From assembly GCA_002269645.1 (NCBI GenBank), contig NIVC01000100.1:62001-126000 (forward strand): a stretch of 64,000 nt of DNA, written 5' to 3'. A program made the position numbers and the translations under genes. The DNA comes from Macrostomum lignano (taxonomy: Eukaryota). Below are positions 19,386-32,804 of the stretch, one piece after another. The stretch's first letter is position 1. The number at the start of each line of letters is the position of its first letter. Below the pieces are notes generated by a model, which was given only the letters and a program-made list of their open reading frames with translations, was not told the origin of the DNA and did not search any database.

Positions 19386-22300
19386 ATGGGAGATTACGAC
19401 GATTTAAAGAAAAGAATTGATACTTTTATTAAAGAGGTAAAGACCGTAAAGTGCTCATTTTATACATCTAATTAGTATAAGTTACGTAGAAACACAAGCA
19501 TTCAGTCGATTGTATTAATTAGAAGTGAAAAAGAATGCACGTCATTTAATTCAGTGACTATTCTTTTTTATGTCTTCATTTCTATAGACAATGTGTCGTA
19601 ATTTTTTTACTTGCAGTGAATTTAAAGCTTAGCAGTTTTAATGTATGTTAATACGTTGTTATGTTCTGCATGCTGCATGCATTTTATTTTAATTTATGTT
19701 CATTGAATGTTTTTTAAATGTATTAAATTTTTATGTATTACTTGAAATAAAAACATCTTATGTATGTTTGTACGCAGTTTTGCTGTTAAACTGTTGTAGT
19801 AGGAGAGGAGAAAAAGGCCAGAATATTTATTTAGAAGCACTTAGCTAAAGTATATGTCATAGTGTCAATATTGATCTTTTAGTGTCCATGCAACCTTTTA
19901 GGTCAAAGGATTTGCTTCAGGCATTGCTGGAACAAGTACAGAAATCGAAAGCAACCAAAACAAGTAAGCTTCCAGTCAATTAGCAATAGAACTCTACATT
20001 TTTCTTTTATAAACTTGTCCACAGTTTTTAATCTAACCTTGCGATTGCTTTTCAGATATGCTGAACTTCGCACTCAACAAAAAGCCTTCATCAAAGAAGT
20101 CACGGAATTCCAGGTATTAGAATGCTTTTTTGTTAATCTTAAGTTCGAATTTTCTCTCAATTTTATCTACAATATCCTGATTGAATTTCAGCCGGCTAAG
20201 AAAATTTTCTTTTTGGATAAGAAAAAATCAAACTTGGTGAAGTCTCTTCAAGAGGAGCTGGTAAGTCAGCCAATGCTGCCTTTCTATAAATTCATAGTTT
20301 TGTTTTAACTAATGCGATAATTTTTGTTTATTCAGACAAAATCCAGCAAACTGATGGAGAAGCACAGTATCCCTGTTCCACCGGAGCCAGAAGAGGCTGA
20401 AGCTGAAGACAAAGAAGCAGACAACGCCGCGGAAACAACAGCGGAACCGAATGCGGAAGCAGCGGCACCGGCTACTCCGGCTTCAGCGCCGAATCCGGAA
20501 AATTCAGGAGCGGCTGCAGCTGCCGCGGCAGAAGAAGAGGAAGAAGAATACGATGAGGACGAAGAGGAAGAGGAATATGAAGAAGAAGAAGAAGCAGAAG
20601 AAGATCCAGCAGATTCTGCAACAAAACTAAAAAAAGAAGAGGATTCGCAGCAGAAGACCTCAAGCGGCGATGAAACGGCGCCAAAACCGACGCCAAGACA
20701 GGCGGCACCGGCGCCGAGAAAAACAGACGAAGAGTATGATCAACCGGATCATGTGGCTGCAGAAGCAGAAGCTGGAGACAACGAAGAAGAAGAAGAGGAG
20801 GAAGAAGAAGAGGAAGAAGAAGAGGAAGAAGACGATATGCGCTCGCTGGCATCGGACGAGCCGAATCTCTACGAAGTTCTGCACGCCTACACTGGCCAGG
20901 AGTCCGACATGCTGACCATAGTGCCCGGCGAACAGCTACTGGTGCTGCGCGTTGGGTGAGTCCGGGGAGTTCCAAATATTAAAATCTGGTATTGTACTTA
21001 GAATCTGGATTGGGGGTGATGGACCACCTGACCACCTCTCACTCTACAAGAACCTGGCGCCTTCCACCTCTCAACCATGGAAGAACTTGGCGCCTTCCAC
21101 TTCTCAACCATTGAAGAACTTCGCGCCTTCCACATCTCACCCTAGGTGTCTTCCACGTCAAGAAGAACTGGCCACCCAATTCCAATTTTTCAGAGATGAC
21201 GGCTGGTGGTTAGCCAAGAACAGTCGAGGCCACGAAGGCTTAGTACCGTCCAATCTGCTCAAAGTGGTTGACGAGTCCGAGTCTGGAGAAGAAATTGATG
21301 GAGCTGGCGAATCCGAAGAGGACAGCGAATACGAGGATACAGAGAGGCCTGCTGGGACTGCTGATGCAGCTGCTGAGCAGCAAGAGGCAAGTTGATCAAT
21401 GCTGCGTATTCCACATGCGAATTGATTTTGTTTCCTCTTTAAAAAATACAAATGGAAGAGGCCACTGTGATGTGATATCGGAGCTTTAAACTGAGATTAA
21501 TGGGGTGCCCGCTTCAGCACACAGTGGCTCCCACCACTTCAGCACACAGTGGCTCCCACCACTTCAGCACAAAGTGGCGCCCACCGCTTCAGCACACAGT
21601 GGCTCCCACCACTTCAGCACACAGTGGCGCGTCCCTACTTATCACATTCTTCCCACTTTATTCTTGGCAACTAATTCTGAAATAAAATCAACCGAAAAAA
21701 TGCAGCGAGATTCCTGGATGGAGGACAGTGACGACTCGCTATACTCTGACAGCTCAATGTCAGATGGCAGCACTCAGCCAGCAAACCAAATGCTGCCAAT
21801 ATTCGAGGTATTGCTCAATTTAGTAGGACTTTCTTCAAATCTACAGATTTGTAGACTCAAATCATTTCATTATTGATGCATTGCGGATCCAGTGCTGAAT
21901 TATTGTTTTTGCTGATTGTGAGCTCGATTTTTTGATTAAATTTCTTTTAACGATCAATTCGATTTTGTTATCAAAGTAGCCAAATAACTGGCCAAATTAA
22001 ATTAAGGTTTGAGACACGATGATCGACAATCACACCCGCGAAGGGCCAACCTCCAAAGGCGCACAGAGAGTGTACATGTCCTGACGATTAGAAGGTCACG
22101 GCCGCTGTACACTCTGTGTGAGCGTGTGCGATTGCCCACGAGTCAGCGAAATCAGCGCGATAGAGAAACTTGAGACAGATCAGACAATAAACTAGTTTAT
22201 TTCAAAGCGCAGAAAATTTACTTTTGTCTATAATAATTAGAGTTGTCAATTCAATTTCATTCTTCCAGCGTTCGGTTAGCCAGAGCAGCCACCTGCTGTC

Positions 22301-22476
22301 GGGACTTCCATCGGGATTTCGGAACAGCACCCTGGCGAAATGGTTCTACGAAGGTGAGCAGCCACCTGGGTGCCCGTTTGACTTCCTGTGCTGCATGGTT
22401 GTGATGATTTTTATGTGCCTTTTTAAGGTGAATAGACAGACTGGTGCTTAAACAGACAGACACAAGATACAGACAG

Positions 22477-22539
<63 letters not shown>

Positions 22540-22600
22540 CTAAGACAGACAGACACTAAGACACTAAGAAAGACAGACAGACAGACTGACTGACAGACAC

Positions 22601-22631
<31 letters not shown>

Positions 22632-22646
22632 CACAGACAGACAGAC

Positions 22647-22691
<45 letters not shown>

Positions 22692-22694
22692 CTA

Positions 22695-22726
<32 letters not shown>

Positions 22727-22740
22727 TGACTGACAGACAC

Positions 22741-22835
<95 letters not shown>

Positions 22836-22894
22836 CACAGACAGACAGACAGATAGACAGACAGACAGACAGACAGACACTAAGACAGACACTA

Positions 22895-22925
<31 letters not shown>

Positions 22926-22938
22926 TAGATAGATAGAA

Positions 22939-22998
<60 letters not shown>

Positions 22999-25900
22999 GT
23001 CAGACAGCCAGACTGCAGGCATACAGACAGACAGACACACCAAATTCATGAAATACCGATATTTACCGAAATTTCAGTCTCTGCTCAAATGCATGAAATT
23101 TGCTTGAATCATTCAGTAAGTCTATCGTACCATACTCTTACTAAAATGCTGAAGTGTTTAGCGTCGCTACGCCGTGTAGCTGACATGGGATAATCTCAGC
23201 GCTTATAAAATGTTTATAAAATCGGCCCTGTTGTTGTCCATGGTTCCTGCTGTCCATGGCCGTCAAAAAGTTCTAAGAAACCTGTTCATAGACCGTAAAG
23301 TGCTTTACGAGTACTAGTTTCAATCATTCGTTGATTCTAAATGACTCCGCACCAGGTTCCCACGGTCTGTCTGCTCACCTGACTCCGAAACTGTCGCGCA
23401 GTTGCCTTGGTTACAGAGATTTACTAACCAACCCAACAAGTCTTCAGGTATATTGTCGCGTTTCCCAATGTCTTTGAAGATACGCTCGTAATTTCGCATG
23501 GCTGCCATAATCCCGGATTCCTTTAGCGACGCGTTTGTCACTTTTGCACCTTAATGACTAACTTAGCGATATGTACATGATTGTAGCCGGTGGTAAATAT
23601 GGGTTAACCTTAGTGCACAACTGTAGCTATATTTTTTTAAGAATTAGCTCGTAATCCATTAATTTGTTAATAATTGGTAATCGTACAAAATTATTAAATA
23701 ATGCAACCTAAAAACATAACTTGTGTCTCTCTTTTATAAAAATTGTTTTCTTAGAAATTCACTAAATTCCCGGCCTGTAGAAAATTGTTTAATTGCTTAA
23801 AATTCTTTAATCTTAAAATCAAGCAATTTTTTAGACCTATAAGTTTCAATGGTCGTGTTTTGGCTTTTTGTAGCTAATTAACATTTATTGTGCTTATTGA
23901 CTATGCAGCATGTTGAGCTCAAACGCGCTAATTAACATAAAAACTATCTTTATTTATTTTCAATTGACCTTAACAAATTAAAAAATTGTTAGTTAAAAGA
24001 CTTTAAAAAATAACATCCTTTAATTACATTCGAATTAACATTCGTTACTTTTAATTAAATGACTTTACAATAATAAATGAATTACAATTGCAGGTGCAGG
24101 TCAATTCAGCTTAGCTGGCAGCTTGCAGCCAAAACTGGCTCCATCCTGTGCTGCAATGCAGGACGGATGGTGCGCTGCCGCTCAGGTACTGACTGGCATT
24201 GGCAGCAGCGCGTCTCACACGGATATAATACATATTAGTCAACCTGTAGATTTGTTCCCGCGGTTTGGTTAGCAGTTGAAAACAGAGAGGTTAATTAACT
24301 AATCACTTAAAGTTTTTGTCTGGTGTTTTAAAAGTTAATAACAAAAAATATACCTAGTGCTTTAGCAAAATGGCAAAAAGCTAAAACATTTAAACAAAAC
24401 AGCAAAATTTTTACCGGAAACTTCAACTTTAACTAATAGCTAGTAAAATTTTATTAATATCTTTATCTTTTCATCAGTATATTATAGTGTTCGAATTTTC
24501 TGGAAATATTTTTGAAGGCTGAAATTTATTACGTCGTTAGAATGCATTTTAACTAGTATATTAGCTACATGTAAGTCTTCTAAACAGAAGTTTGTAATCG
24601 TCACTTAGGTTGCGAATATTATTGACTAATTAAAAAAATTTAGGATAACTCAAATTTAAACTCTAAACTTTAAACTTCAACTTTAATTCAGTGAACTCTT
24701 AATTAGCTACCTCTAAAATGTTTACTAATGAATTTCCTTGAAAGCACGTCAAAGTAATTTCTAGGCTTCCTCTAAAACAAAAATGGCTTAAACTTTCAAA
24801 TTCCTTTTCAAGTAGTTGAGGTTAGATAGTTAGTTGAAACTAAATTGCATCCCTAGTTTTCCTTTGTCTTAGTGGGTGGCGGTTTTACTCAAGTATTTTT
24901 AAGAATTTTAATTTTAAGTTCAGCTAACAATTCTTTTCCCCATGAAGTTAGCAAAACCTTATTTTGCATATGCGTAATTTAAATATATTTCATTCATTGT
25001 ATCATACAAGTAAATAAATTTGTGAAGCCAAAAACCTAACTAACTATTAATCGTTTTGCTGTTATACTACTACTCGTGAGTAGCAATTATGTTAAAAAAT
25101 ATATTTTAACCTTTTTCTAATTTCAGCTAAAATTTCAATAACCAACTAACAAATTAATTGAGTGATTATGTGCAGATATATACAAAATCATAAATATGCT
25201 AACAACAACGATGCCAGTGTTATTGGAAAAATCTGCTTGAATTTGTTTTATTTCACTCTCTATGACAAAATCTATTACGATATACAAAAATATAGCTAAG
25301 TTTTCCAAATAAAAAAATAGTTATTTTTAATAAAAATTCATAAGAAGATGAAACTAAGAGAAAGACTTTACAGTTTACTTTATAATTTCCAACCTAAATT
25401 TAAATCCGTTTCCTAATTTATTCCAACTAAATAAAGACAGCCGCGCATTCACCGTTACTGTTTTACTCGTTAACTAATCAATGAAGTGCACTGCTAGTAG
25501 CCCAACTGCCGCCCACCCGTAGGTGCGTCCAGTTCCGTCGCGTATTGAAAAATTGTTGCACCTGCAAAAGTGCACCCTGATGCCAGCCGACCTGCGTGAG
25601 TTCGAATCTTATTTCTCAACTGGGTGAAGGATCAATGATTCGGTGTGGGATTGATAGAAACTGTTGGGGGGATTCAATATTTGCGTGTCAGAAGATTAGA
25701 TCGAAAGAATAGCGTGAGAAGATGGGATCAAATATTCTAGCATGGGGAGATGGGATCAAAGATTCTAGCGTGAAGAGATGGGATCAAATATTATAGCGTG
25801 AGGAGATGGGATCATAGATTCTAGCGTGAGGAGATGGGATCAAATATTATAGCGTGAGGAGATGGGATCAAATATTCTAGCGTGAGGAGATGGGATCAAA

Positions 25901-28900
25901 TATTATAGCGTGAGGAGATGGGATCAAATATTCTAGCGTGAGGAGATGGGATCAAATATTATAGCGTGAGGAGATGGGATCAAATATTATAGCGTGAAGA
26001 GATGGGATCAAATATTATAGCGTGAGGAGATGGGATCATAGATTCTAGCGTGAGGAGATGGGATCAAATATTATAGCGTGAGGAGATGGGATCAAATATT
26101 ATAGCGTGAAGAGATGGGATCAAATATTATAGCGTGAAGAGATGGGATCAAATATTATAGCGTGAAGAGATGGGATCAAATATTATAGCGTGAGGAGATG
26201 GGATCATAGATTCTAGCGTGAGGAGATGGGATCAAATATTATAGGTGAGGAGATGGGATCAAATATTATAGCGTGAGGAGATGGGATCAAAAATTATGGC
26301 GTGAGGAGATGGGATCAAATATTATAGCGTGAAAGTGGGATCAAAGATAGCATGAGTATGGAGTCACTCTCAAGGCAAGGCAAGGTGAACGAAATGAAAA
26401 TGAGACGAGGTACATCATGTACTTCGGTACGCACATCGCTGGCCACATCTGCAGCCGTAACCGTGTTGGATCGTTTCGTTCGACTCTGCTTATTCGACGG
26501 CAAAGGCCCCGTGTCCAACGTGCTCACTATTCGAGCCGTGCCAGCCAGCAGAAACAACGACAGAGTCTGGAATTTTGCCAGCCGTCTGGGCGACTCAACT
26601 CCCGGATTGGAGTTTGGAGAGCTGTACCTCAGGTACAACTACGGTCCGAATCATGTCTGCCTCCTGCTTGAGGCCACCATCGTCTGCCCTGAGACCGCAA
26701 CTTCGGGACAGCAGGTGCGCTGTCCTTGTTAGTTTGTTATTTTAGAAGGCCGGGGGGTTGTGTGCATTCCACCAATTCCCATGAGCAGGCACACAAGCGC
26801 AAGGATACGTACACGGTCATACGCACAGGTACATACTCACACAGGAGTGTACAGCGGGGTATGTACACTTCACTGTGCCTTCGGAGGGGATGGCTCTCAA
26901 GGGCGTTAACTAAACAAGCAGTGCCAAGCCGAGATTCCAATTCAGCCCCAAATTAATGTGACTGCACTTGGAATCGAGCCTGCAGGGCCGCTGACACACC
27001 AGATCGAGGTTCGCCCGACTGAGCCTCTCAATTCACTCTCTCACTGAAATGGGACGAATAATCAATCAATTTTATTCACCATTCATTCCTTTTCAGCCAA
27101 CTGGAAATGAGAAACTCGTCGAACTGAGCATTGGTCACGTGACAGTTCCTCTATTCGACGATAACGGCGCTCCTTTGCCGCCAAAGTAAGTGAGTTAATA
27201 TGATCCCTTTAAAATTTGAAGTTTTTCACTGTATTTTTCACTAGTGATTAAATAAATTTGATTTAGAATTAGATTGCACTGCTCTTATGCGGATATTGCA
27301 GGCAGAACTGCGCTCCTCCAATTGACAGTGCAGTGGCTCATTTCAGCAGGTACTGCAGTTTGTCGAAGGAAGACATCAATTGGGATTAAAATTTCACTTT
27401 AGGATGATGCATTTAGTGGGTTTCTTAAACAAGTCTAAGGATAAAAGTGCAAGCATTCGTTTATTTTGAAATAAACACACAGAAAGTAGTCCGTCGAACC
27501 TCCAATCCATATGAGCGTATAGTTCAAATGACGGCTTTTTAAATGCTTGCATTTTTTTCATAACTTTGAAGAATTGTCTAAATTATCAAGTAAAATCGGT
27601 TTCAAGATTTTGTCTATTGCTTAAGCATCTTTCAATGTCGCTATCTAGCTGCATGGTATTAAACAATTGAGTTGAAAAAGTAAACTCTTTCGAATTTAAA
27701 CTCTAAAATTATAGCTAAATTTTTAGAACGCCACAAAACGCTTCTCTTGGTGAATGCATGCTAGTAGAATAATATTGATCATCATATTTGAAAATTTGCA
27801 TCATTTTTTGGCTTTATTGACATTAGGAGTTTGTGAATAAATGTGTACTTTTAATCTATCGCCTGTCATTGACTTACTAATGACACGAAATGTCATGTAC
27901 ATGTACCTGCCTTGTATCGTTGACGCCTACAGTAGTTAAAACAAAATCAATAGTGGAGCCAAAGTGAACATTGCGAATAGCACTACTGAAAGTGTCAAAA
28001 CATCAGTAGAATTTTTACAATACTTTTACTTCTATGAGTTTATTATTTACTTTATACAGGTCGCTCGATTTACAATTGGAGGGCGGAACGCCGTTTGAAC
28101 ATCAGGTTGAAGTTGACTCAAATTTGAGCAAACCTGGAGGTAATAATAGTACGATATTACGCTCGTACTATTGAAATATTTACCAATTAATATATTTTTG
28201 TATTAAAACAAGTAGCTTATTGTTGCTAGATTTACTTTTATTTATAGCCGTTTTCTCTAGTTTACTTGTAATTTTTTTTGTTAAATGACGTGAAAATATA
28301 AATTCATCTACGTTTTGTTTAAGAGCAGTCAAGTATAATTACACCATTTTAAACAAACACACGGCACTTTTCAGTTTCCAACAGGCGTCAATCCCTTTGG
28401 GACGCGCTGGAGTCCAGTTTTAGCGGTAGAACTTTGAAAAAAACAAGAAAAAATCTACTTTTTTTGCTTAAAGCTGAAAAATGTGAAGTTTCTTTCAGAT
28501 TTTCTATTGCAATTTTTCGCGCAATAATAATTACAAAAATATTTTAAATAATCATTGATTTATATTGAATCATTTTTATTAAAATTAGACTTATCTAAAT
28601 TAACAAAATTAAAGCGTCAATTTTGCTCCGACTGCTGTAGTTTAAGTAGTATAAGATGCAAAATTAATTGTCCTTAATTAAATTTATTTTTCCTATTACT
28701 TTTACAGCGAACCAATCAACGGGTGGTTTGTTCAGAGGCTCGCAGCAGAACAAACAGCCAAGAATTCATTTGAAATTCACCATGCCAAATCGAGAAGTGA
28801 AGGAGTTCATGGAGTGAGTATCGAGCTCATTTTCGTATTTTTTATTCTGGTTTACAGTCTATACCTAAATCTAAACTTACTTTAACTAATTTTGATAAGC

Positions 28901-31900
28901 GCAAGTCAATCATGGAGCATCATCTAAGATACCTTCTTGGTGCCTCATTACTAACTTTGGCGCAACATTTCACATGTTAGCGCCTCATCTCTTATTTGGC
29001 ACCTAATTTCTCATCTTGGCGCCTTATCTCTCATCTTGGCGCCTTATCTCTCATCTTGGCGCCTTATCTCTCATCTTCGAGCCTCATTTCTCATCTTGGC
29101 GCCTTATCTCTCATCTTGGCGCCTTATCTCTCATCTTCGAGCCTCATTTCTCATCTTGGCGCCTTATCTCTCATCTTGGCGCCTCATCTCTCATCTTCGA
29201 GCCTCATCTCTCATCTTGGCGTCCTATGTCTCATCTTGGCGTCTTATCTCTCATCTTGGCGTCTTATCTCTCATCTTGGCGCGTCTCATCTCTCATCTTG
29301 GCGTCTCATCTCTCATCTTGGCGTCTCATCTCTCATCTTGGCACCGATCATCTCTCATTTTGGCACCGATCATCTTTCATCTTGGCGCTTCATCTCTCAT
29401 CTTGGCGTCTCATCTCTCATCTTGGCACCGATCATCCCTCATCTTGGCGTCTCATCTCTCATCTTGGCACCGATCATCTCTCATCTTGGCACCGATCATC
29501 TCTCATCTTGGCACCGATCATCTCTCATCTTGGCACCGATCATCTCTCATCTTGGCACCGATCATCTCTCATCTTGGCACCGATCATCTCTCATCTTGGC
29601 ACCGATCATCTCTCATCTTGGCGTCTCATCTCTCATCTTGGCGTCTCATCTCTCATCTTGGCACCGATCATCTCTCATTTTGGCACCGATCATCTTTCAT
29701 CTTGGCGCTTCATCTCTCATCTTGGCGTCTCATCTCTCATCTTGGCACCGATCATCTCTCATCTTGGCACCGATCATCTCTCATCTTGGCACCGATCATC
29801 TCTCATCTTGGCACCGATCATCTCTCATCTTGGCACCGATCATCTCTCATCTTGGCACCGATCATCTCTCATCTTGGCGCTTCATCTCTCATCTTGGCAC
29901 CGATCATCTTTCATCTTGGCACCGATCATCTCTCATCTTGGCACCGATCATCTTTCATCTTGGCACCGATCATCTTTCATCTTGGCACCGATCATCTTTC
30001 ATCTTGGCGCTTCATCTCTCATCTTGGCACCTCATCTCTTATCTTGGCGCCTCATCTCTCATCTTGGCGCCTCATCTCTCATCTTGGTACCGATCATCTT
30101 TCATCTTGGCGCCTCATCTCTCATCTTGGCACCGATCATCTCTCATCTTGGCACCGATCATCTCTCATCTTGGCACCGATCATCTCTCATCTTGGCACCG
30201 ATCATCTCTCATCTTGGCGCTTCATCTCTCATCTTGGCACCGATCATCTTTCATCTTGGCACCGATCATCTCTCATCTTGGCACCGATCATCTTTCATCT
30301 TGGCACCGATCATCTTTCATCTTGGCACCGATCATCTTTCATCTTGGCGCTTCATCTCTCATCTTGGCACCTCATCTCTTATCTTGGCGCCTCATCTCTC
30401 ATCTTGGCGCCTCATCTCTCATCTTGGCACCGATCATCTTTCATCTTGGCGCCTCATCTCTCATTTTTACTTAATTTCGCACCACGACGATTTCTGATTA
30501 ATATTGGAACCTAATTTCTCATCAATGCGCTTCATCTCATACCACGGCGCCTCATAACATCTGGTGTGTCATTATCATTGGGCGCCTTATATCTGTCATT
30601 GTGATTTACTATCGCAAAAAAATTGGCGCAATAAAACCCAATCGGCACTACTCGCAACATACAATGCAGCACATGTCCAAGCACCATCATTGGCAGCATC
30701 GCTCACCTGCAGTTGCACAGCCTCTATAGACACCTGCTAGGCCAAGAGCTTAGCATGGATAGTCGAATTGTTGAACGAGACAGCGCGCCAGTCTACGGAC
30801 CATGTCTGGTTCAATTTCCCGCCATGGCTGACCAACCAGATCTGATGGATCTTATTCGGGTGAGATAACAACATCCTTGTCGTGAGCTGCTGGAGGGGTA
30901 GAAATTGAGTCATACTATATTATACTACGTACATAGTCGCAATCTGATTGGCTGCTGAGGGATAGAAAAACCTATAACGATACAGGGTCGGATTCTGATT
31001 GGCTGCTGAGGGTTAGAAAAACCTATAACGATACAGGGTCGGATTCTGATTGGCTGCTGAGGGATAGAAAAACCTATAACGATACAGGGTCGGATTCTGA
31101 TTGGCTGCTAAGAGATAGAAAGTAATTACTGCTAAACTACGATCAAATGGTAAGGAACTTATTTTCACTTCATTTTAGCGTCGGTGGAACGAATTCGCAA
31201 AACGCGATCGAGCTTTTAGAGTAAGACAATGAAGCTTAATTGAATGATTGGGTTTTTCTCTAAATTGTAAATATTTTGACTTGAATTTCAGAACTTTAAC
31301 AAAAAAACAAACTAATCTTTTTATCCAGAAACCAATAGCCACAGAGACAATGAAGCTGGAGTTTAGCCGCATTGTTAAGTCGACCTATTTTCTTAATCAG
31401 GTCAAGGATTTTCAGCCCTACGTGTTTGGCAACAAGGCGCAGGAGCAGGTAGGTTACTGACGTAATTTACCCGTCAGACACTCATCACACACCTGTTAGA
31501 CATTCATCACACACCTGTTAAACCAGTCATGACACACCTGTCAGACAGTCATCACACACCTGTCAGACAGTCATCACACACCTGTCAGACAATCATCACA
31601 CACCTGTTAGACATTCATCACACACCTGTTAAACCAGTCATGACACACCTGTTAGACATTCATCACACACCTATTAAACCAGTCATGACACACCTGTTAG
31701 ACATTCATCACACACCTATTAAACCAGTCATGACACACCTGTTAGACATTAATCACACACCTGTTTAACCAGTCAGGAAACACCTGTTAGACAGAATCCC
31801 CAGTTTAATTAATCCCATCATAACAAAATCCCAAATCCCTCAGACCCGAGCAAATCTTATCCAGGATTTCCAACGCCGGACAGCCACGGATCCCAGTGGA

Positions 31901-32014
31901 ACAGGTTTCAGCCTGTCCGCCGATTTTGCAGTCGAACCGTTTAGCATGCTCGAGGTTACTATGCCGTTGCTGGGGCCTCATTCAGTACCAGTTATCCCTG
32001 TTGCAGTCGAATGA
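19386..32014 (+). CDS. NPHP1: Nephrocystin-1 (coiled coil, acidic tracts, SH3, nephrocystin homology domain), ~18 exons, ~820 aa
   Basis: Exons 19386-19436, 19902-19963, 20056-20113, 20192-20260, 20336-20955, 21194-21386 (GC donor), 21706-21807 (less certain), 22269-22353, 24094-24185, 25523-25595, 26455-26714, 27097-27185, 28060-28139, 28708-28813, 30670-30859, 31179-31220, 31329-31448 and 31844-32014; phases consistent. Motifs [18 protein letters not shown] (SH3), [20 protein letters not shown]...[28 protein letters not shown]. Confidence 0.9.
21500..21630. repeat. 25-bp minisatellite CTTCAGCACACAGTGGCTCCCACCA
   Basis: About 5 units in an NPHP1 intron. Confidence 0.8.
22060..22130. repeat. 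Dispersed hairpin-containing repeat, copy 1 (related copies at ~26770-26870 on the opposite strand and ~52390-52510)
   Basis: Shares GTGTACATG-CCTGACGATT-GAA...CTGTACACTCTG-GTGAGCGTGTGC with 52395-52455; AGAGTGTACA/TGTACACTCT stem. Confidence 0.55.
22452..23040. repeat. (GACA)n/(GATA)n compound microsatellite
   Basis: Directly visible in an NPHP1 intron. Confidence 0.95.
25700..26345. repeat. 28-bp minisatellite GATGGGATCAAATATTATAGCGTGAGGA
   Basis: About 22 units in an NPHP1 intron. Confidence 0.93.
28975..30470. repeat. Compound 20/22-bp minisatellite TCTTGGCGCCTTATCTCTCA / TCTTGGCACCGATCATCTCTCA
   Basis: Fills NPHP1 intron 28814-30669; source of three spurious ~490-aa ORFs. Confidence 0.95.
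30944..31121. repeat. 51-bp tandem repeat (3.5 copies) beginning CTGATTGGCTGCTGAGG
   Basis: Units start at 30944, 30995, 31046 and 31097. Confidence 0.9.
31475..31790. repeat. CACACCTGTTAGACATTCATCA-type degenerate minisatellite
   Basis: Fills the last NPHP1 intron. Confidence 0.85.
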
Positions 32015-32804
32015 CAAGAAACTGTTTAGCGAACAGAGAAAAAGTAGGAAAAAACTATTCTCTGTATACTATAAGTAGTAGACTGTCGATCAGTCGTACT
32101 AGTTTTTCAAACTTTTATTCCTTCATATTTTTGTAACTCTCTTCACACCAAAATCATTTGTTGTGTTTGTTCTAAATTTGCATTCCCTATCGAAATTCTA
32201 GTGATGAAGTTTTTGCGATAATTTATAATTACTGTATCCAATTATGTACACATAGCAATATTATTCATATTTTAAAATGTAATCATAATCTAAGATTTAT
32301 TTATGAGTTTAAAAAGTTGTCAAAAGTCAAGCAGCGGGTTTTGTTGAGAACGGATTAGGGACATTGTTTCTTAGAAAATATTTAATTGTTTTTTATACAA
32401 AACAGCCATTTTCTCAGACAGTAACTTTCCCGATTTTTGATTTTTGAATCTGTCTCTCGATTCTATTTTTTTTCGGCTGGCAACAGATTGATGTGAATTA
32501 AAGTCTGCAACTGTAAAACACCTTCTATAAAAAAAATTTAATTCTTGATTTGTTACTTTTAAATATTTTAAAAGTAAAACAACGAACCTCTGCAATAGTT
32601 TTTATTTTTGTGGTTGTTAAAAAACTAAAAAATAAATAGCTCGTAAGTGTTACGCAGAGAAAATAAAAACTGAATGCGTATAGACATTTCTTTTTGAAAT
32701 AGAATGTTTATTGAGTTAAGAAAAATAATAGCGCCAGTCGGTGGTACAGTACACTACAGAGAGTTAATTTTGGCGGGCTAGAACTATAAGTCATAAAAAT
32801 ATTC

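Noticed and set aside
22257-23049. LSVC/LSIY-repeat ORFs here and at 17657-17910 and 62601-63230
   Set aside because: Translations of (GACA)n/(GATA)n microsatellites.
28996-30514. Three ~490-aa ORFs ([13 protein letters not shown] repeats)
   Set aside because: Minisatellite in an NPHP1 intron; all frames open, no coding signature.
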